Source: Heterodontus francisci (Eukaryota). From it: a stretch of 64,000 nucleotides of DNA. Each line of letters begins with the position of its first letter. Within the stretch, counting starts at the first letter, position 1. The stretch is taken from assembly GCF_036365525.1 (NCBI RefSeq), contig NC_090387.1, forward strand, positions 90,251,691 to 90,315,690, given 5' to 3'. Below the pieces are notes generated by a model. That model had not been told where the DNA came from, ran no database searches, and saw only the letters and a list, made by a program, of their open reading frames with translations. The position numbers and the translations under genes are program-made. This document shows positions 63,480-64,000 of the stretch, in pieces.

Positions 63480-64000
63480 TAATGTGCGATGATGGTCATT
63501 GAGTGGTAGTGGAATTTGTCTTTTTTATTAGGTTCTTCACAAGGAAGGGACTGAAAGGATTGAGTGTAAATGTTCGATATCCTGATGGATCCTCCATTCC
63601 TGGAAGGTAAGGCATGTGGCACGGTGCTCCGGAGTCTGGTGGAGCATATCTCTCAAAAGCAGTCTTCAATTAAAGGGCGGTGAGCATCCCTCCTTGGTGT
63701 GGGTCATCTACCTGAAGCCCTCCACTGCTCCCTCTGGTCCCCCCTCCTCGTCATCCTCCTCCTCATCCTCATCTTCATTTTCAGGCTCTTGAGTTTGACC
63801 CTCTGGCATAATTGTTGGTGGTGTCGGCTGGTTTCATGATCATCAAATTGTGGAGCATGCAACACGAATATGGAACCCTCCAGTCACTCCTCCCCTCTCT
63901 TCCAGCAACTGATGCTGTGGTGCCTGGCCTCATCTCCTTTACTCATTTCTCCTCCAGACCAAACGGGGCCCATAGCAAGATCCCCATGACCAAGCATTCC
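63480..64000 (-). mobile_element. Possible Harbinger transposase C-terminal remnant
   Basis: Minus strand 'gtgttgcatgctccacaatttg' (CCMLHNL-like) followed by acidic EDEDEEEDDEE tract. Confidence 0.5.

Overview
Eukaryotic, repeat-dense vertebrate DNA. The repeat set (HE1/V-SINEs, Deu-type SINEs, CR1, L2, RTE, Tx1, Penelope, Gmr1-like Gypsy, Harbinger) points to a cartilaginous fish (shark); the species cannot be read from sequence. Most ORFs in the track are transposon debris. The host content is a tandem pair of Ig-superfamily immune-receptor genes on the + strand, about 45.7 kb apart. Gene B is complete with six exons (38458-48895): leader, germline-joined VJ-type V domain, C1 domain, TM, and two cytoplasmic exons, i.e. 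a SIRP/NKp30-like, antigen-receptor-like architecture of about 330 aa once a single +1 frameshift in C1 is corrected. Gene A is represented only by its last intron, last exon (3073-3285) and 3' flank. Gene A's tail has an ITIM (LTYAAV) and an ITSM-like motif (TEYAQL). Gene B's tail has lost exactly the ITIM through an in-frame 18-nt deletion and its TM carries an arginine, which is the signature of an inhibitory/activating paired-receptor system, or of a decaying pseudogene. Other points: a local inverted repeat bracketing the small cytoplasmic exon, a near-intact full-length CR1, Penelope-associated minimal hammerhead motifs, an array of PBS-like repeats in a Gypsy leader, and a C2H2 zinc-finger relic in frame with a Penelope GIY-YIG nuclease. 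Repeat boundaries are by-eye estimates; exon boundaries were counted base by base.
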